From Holophagae bacterium (GTDB lineage: Bacteria > Acidobacteriota > Holophagae > Acanthopleuribacterales > Acanthopleuribacteraceae): 27,826 nt of DNA. How positions within the stretch are numbered: position 1 is the stretch's first letter; each line of letters begins with the position of its first letter. The stretch lies in the NCBI GenBank assembly GCA_050294955.1, contig JBNKOV010000005.1:1-27826 (forward strand). Direction: 5' to 3'. This document shows, piece after piece, positions 26,645 to 27,826 of the stretch. The notes beneath the pieces were generated by a model. That model did no database searches, had not been told where the DNA came from, and saw nothing but the letters and a program-made list of their open reading frames with translations. The position numbers and the translations under genes were made by a program.

Positions 26645-27499
26645 ATGAAGAAGTTCAATAACATCCTTCTCCCCACAGATTTCTCTAATTGTTCCAAGAG
26701 GGCTGCTGATGAGGCTTTTGCCCTGGCTCGCAGGTTCAGCGCTACGTCACATTTGCTATATGCGTCCACTGCTAGGGCCAGATCGGGTTTCTGGCCCGGT
26801 TCTTCCCCCTACGAGAATGAGATCCTTTTAGAGCCTGAAACTGCGGTGGCTCGGGATATGAGCGCATTGCTCATGGGCAGCGAAATCGATGAAAATCGTC
26901 TCTATTGCGTTCAGGTTAGAGGGGTTTCGGAGACCGGCAGCATCGTGTCCTACGCCAGGGAGAACCCCATTGATCTTATCGTCATGGGCGCTCATGGTCA
27001 GGACAGCGTGAATGGGGAAGACGCCATGGGCAGCGTGGCGCGGGACATTATTGCCAGCGCGCCCTGTCCCGTCATTACGCTCAGGGAAGATCACGACGAA
27101 CATCTCGCCAGCTTGAACGCCATCCTGGTTCCAATTGACTTTTCCGTTATCACCGAAGCCACCCTGGCCCATGTGGCAGACCTGGCGCGGGCTTTCGGGT
27201 CTACCCTGCAATTGTTGCACGTTGTTTCCCCAGAGGGAGACATGGCCCATGCTTTGGGGGCCATGGCCGGTGTGAGAGATCGGCTGCGTGAAAAGTTGAA
27301 TGGTTCCGCTCGGGTTGAGGTGGACCTGCTGATTGGCGATCCCGCTCGGGAAATTACCCGGTTCGCAGCGGAGAAAGGCAGCGATCTAATTTTTATTACC
27401 CGGGAAGACGTGGCCAACCAACCCATCATGGGCCGTATTACCGAGCAGGTTTTTAATGATGCGGTCTGCCCGGTTTACGTCGCGCCCATTTCCGCCTGA
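26645..27499 (+). CDS. Tandem universal stress protein (two UspA domains)
   Basis: The two halves each have the ILxPxDFS...A...A start and a hydrophobic-G-x-HG and G-S-V-x-x-x-hydrophobic ATP-binding pattern (LIVMGAHGQDSV...GSVARDIIASAPCPV). The ORF track begins at TTG 26597. The ATG at 26645 with a GAGAGG Shine-Dalgarno 6 nt upstream is preferred. Confidence 0.8.
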   Translation: MKKFNNILLPTDFSNCSKRAADEAFALARRFSATSHLLYASTARARSGFWPGSSPYENEILLEPETAVARDMSALLMGSEIDENRLYCVQVRGVSETGSIVSYARENPIDLIVMGAHGQDSVNGEDAMGSVARDIIASAPCPVITLREDHDEHLASLNAILVPIDFSVITEATLAHVADLARAFGSTLQLLHVVSPEGDMAHALGAMAGVRDRLREKLNGSARVEVDLLIGDPAREITRFAAEKGSDLIFITREDVANQPIMGRITEQVFNDAVCPVYVAPISA

Positions 27500-27581
27500 C
27501 CCGGAAAACGACCCATTCTTTTTCCTCCTGGGGGTCATTTTCTGGTAAGATCGTCGAGCAGTTGATTAGGGGGCGCGCGTC

Positions 27582-27826
27582 ATGGACACTTACTTGGGTC
27601 ATTTGGGTAAAATGAAGACTACTATGGGAGATCCTGTCTCTTATATCTTGCCTTTAGGCGACTTGCGTATCCCACTCAACCCCCATCTGGGCAGGGAAAT
27701 CAAGCTGGCTTTTACCGGCGCCATCCACTGCCAGGAATGCGGCCGAAAAATTAAGAAAACCTACAGCGAAGGCCATTGCTGGAATTGCACTCAGGCCCTT
27801 GCGAGCTGTGATTTGTGCATCATGAA
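27582..27826 (+). CDS. 5'-partial ORF (runs off the window end) encoding a Cys-rich zinc-ribbon-containing protein, possibly DUF2797-like
   Basis: ATG at 27582 after an in-frame TAG. The translation is MDTYLGHLGKMKTTMGDPVSYILPLGDLRIPLNPHLGREIKLAFTGAIHCQECGRKIKKTYSEGHCWNCTQALASCDLCIM. The C..C-(12)-HC..C-(6)-C..C pattern suggests a Zn ribbon. It is not in the ORF track because no stop is reached. Confidence 0.4.
   Translation, partial: MDTYLGHLGKMKTTMGDPVSYILPLGDLRIPLNPHLGREIKLAFTGAIHCQECGRKIKKTYSEGHCWNCTQALASCDLCIM

Overview
This window looks like a chromosomal segment from a Gram-negative (Proteobacteria-like) bacterium with moderate GC by eye. It has three parts.

(1) 1-7419: a tightly overlapping minus-strand sugar-nucleotide operon that encodes a complete NDP-heptose pathway, but with unusual domain fusions. 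It contains an extended-SDR epimerase, GmhA, an HldE-like protein whose cytidylyltransferase and pfkB-kinase domains are in reversed order, a HAD-phosphatase/ChoK-APH-like kinase fusion, and a split transketolase. An RmlD-like reductase gene converges on it from the plus strand.

(2) 7737-17735: an NSS-family Na+ symporter gene, followed by a four-gene minus-strand operon. In transcription order it encodes a YqiJ/NfeD-like membrane protein, a flotillin (SPFH) protein, a 683-aa protein with no recognisable motifs, and an 1156-aa protein with an embedded MoxR/McrB-class AAA+ ATPase core. The two large genes are translationally coupled by an ATGA overlap. A strong RNA hairpin sits directly after the flotillin stop codon. 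I consider this flotillin-linked AAA+ module the best candidate in the window for a previously undescribed system. fxsA (a phage-exclusion-related gene) lies immediately upstream of its promoter region, seemingly co-transcribed with rel.

(3) 18506-27826: housekeeping genes. These are rel (RelA/SpoT), the tgt-yajC-secD-secF block (secF carries a large periplasmic insertion and is followed by a clean intrinsic terminator), an orphan paaD homologue, a tandem-USP gene and a truncated Cys-rich ORF.

No CRISPR arrays, tRNA or rRNA genes, or transposase/integrase genes are evident.
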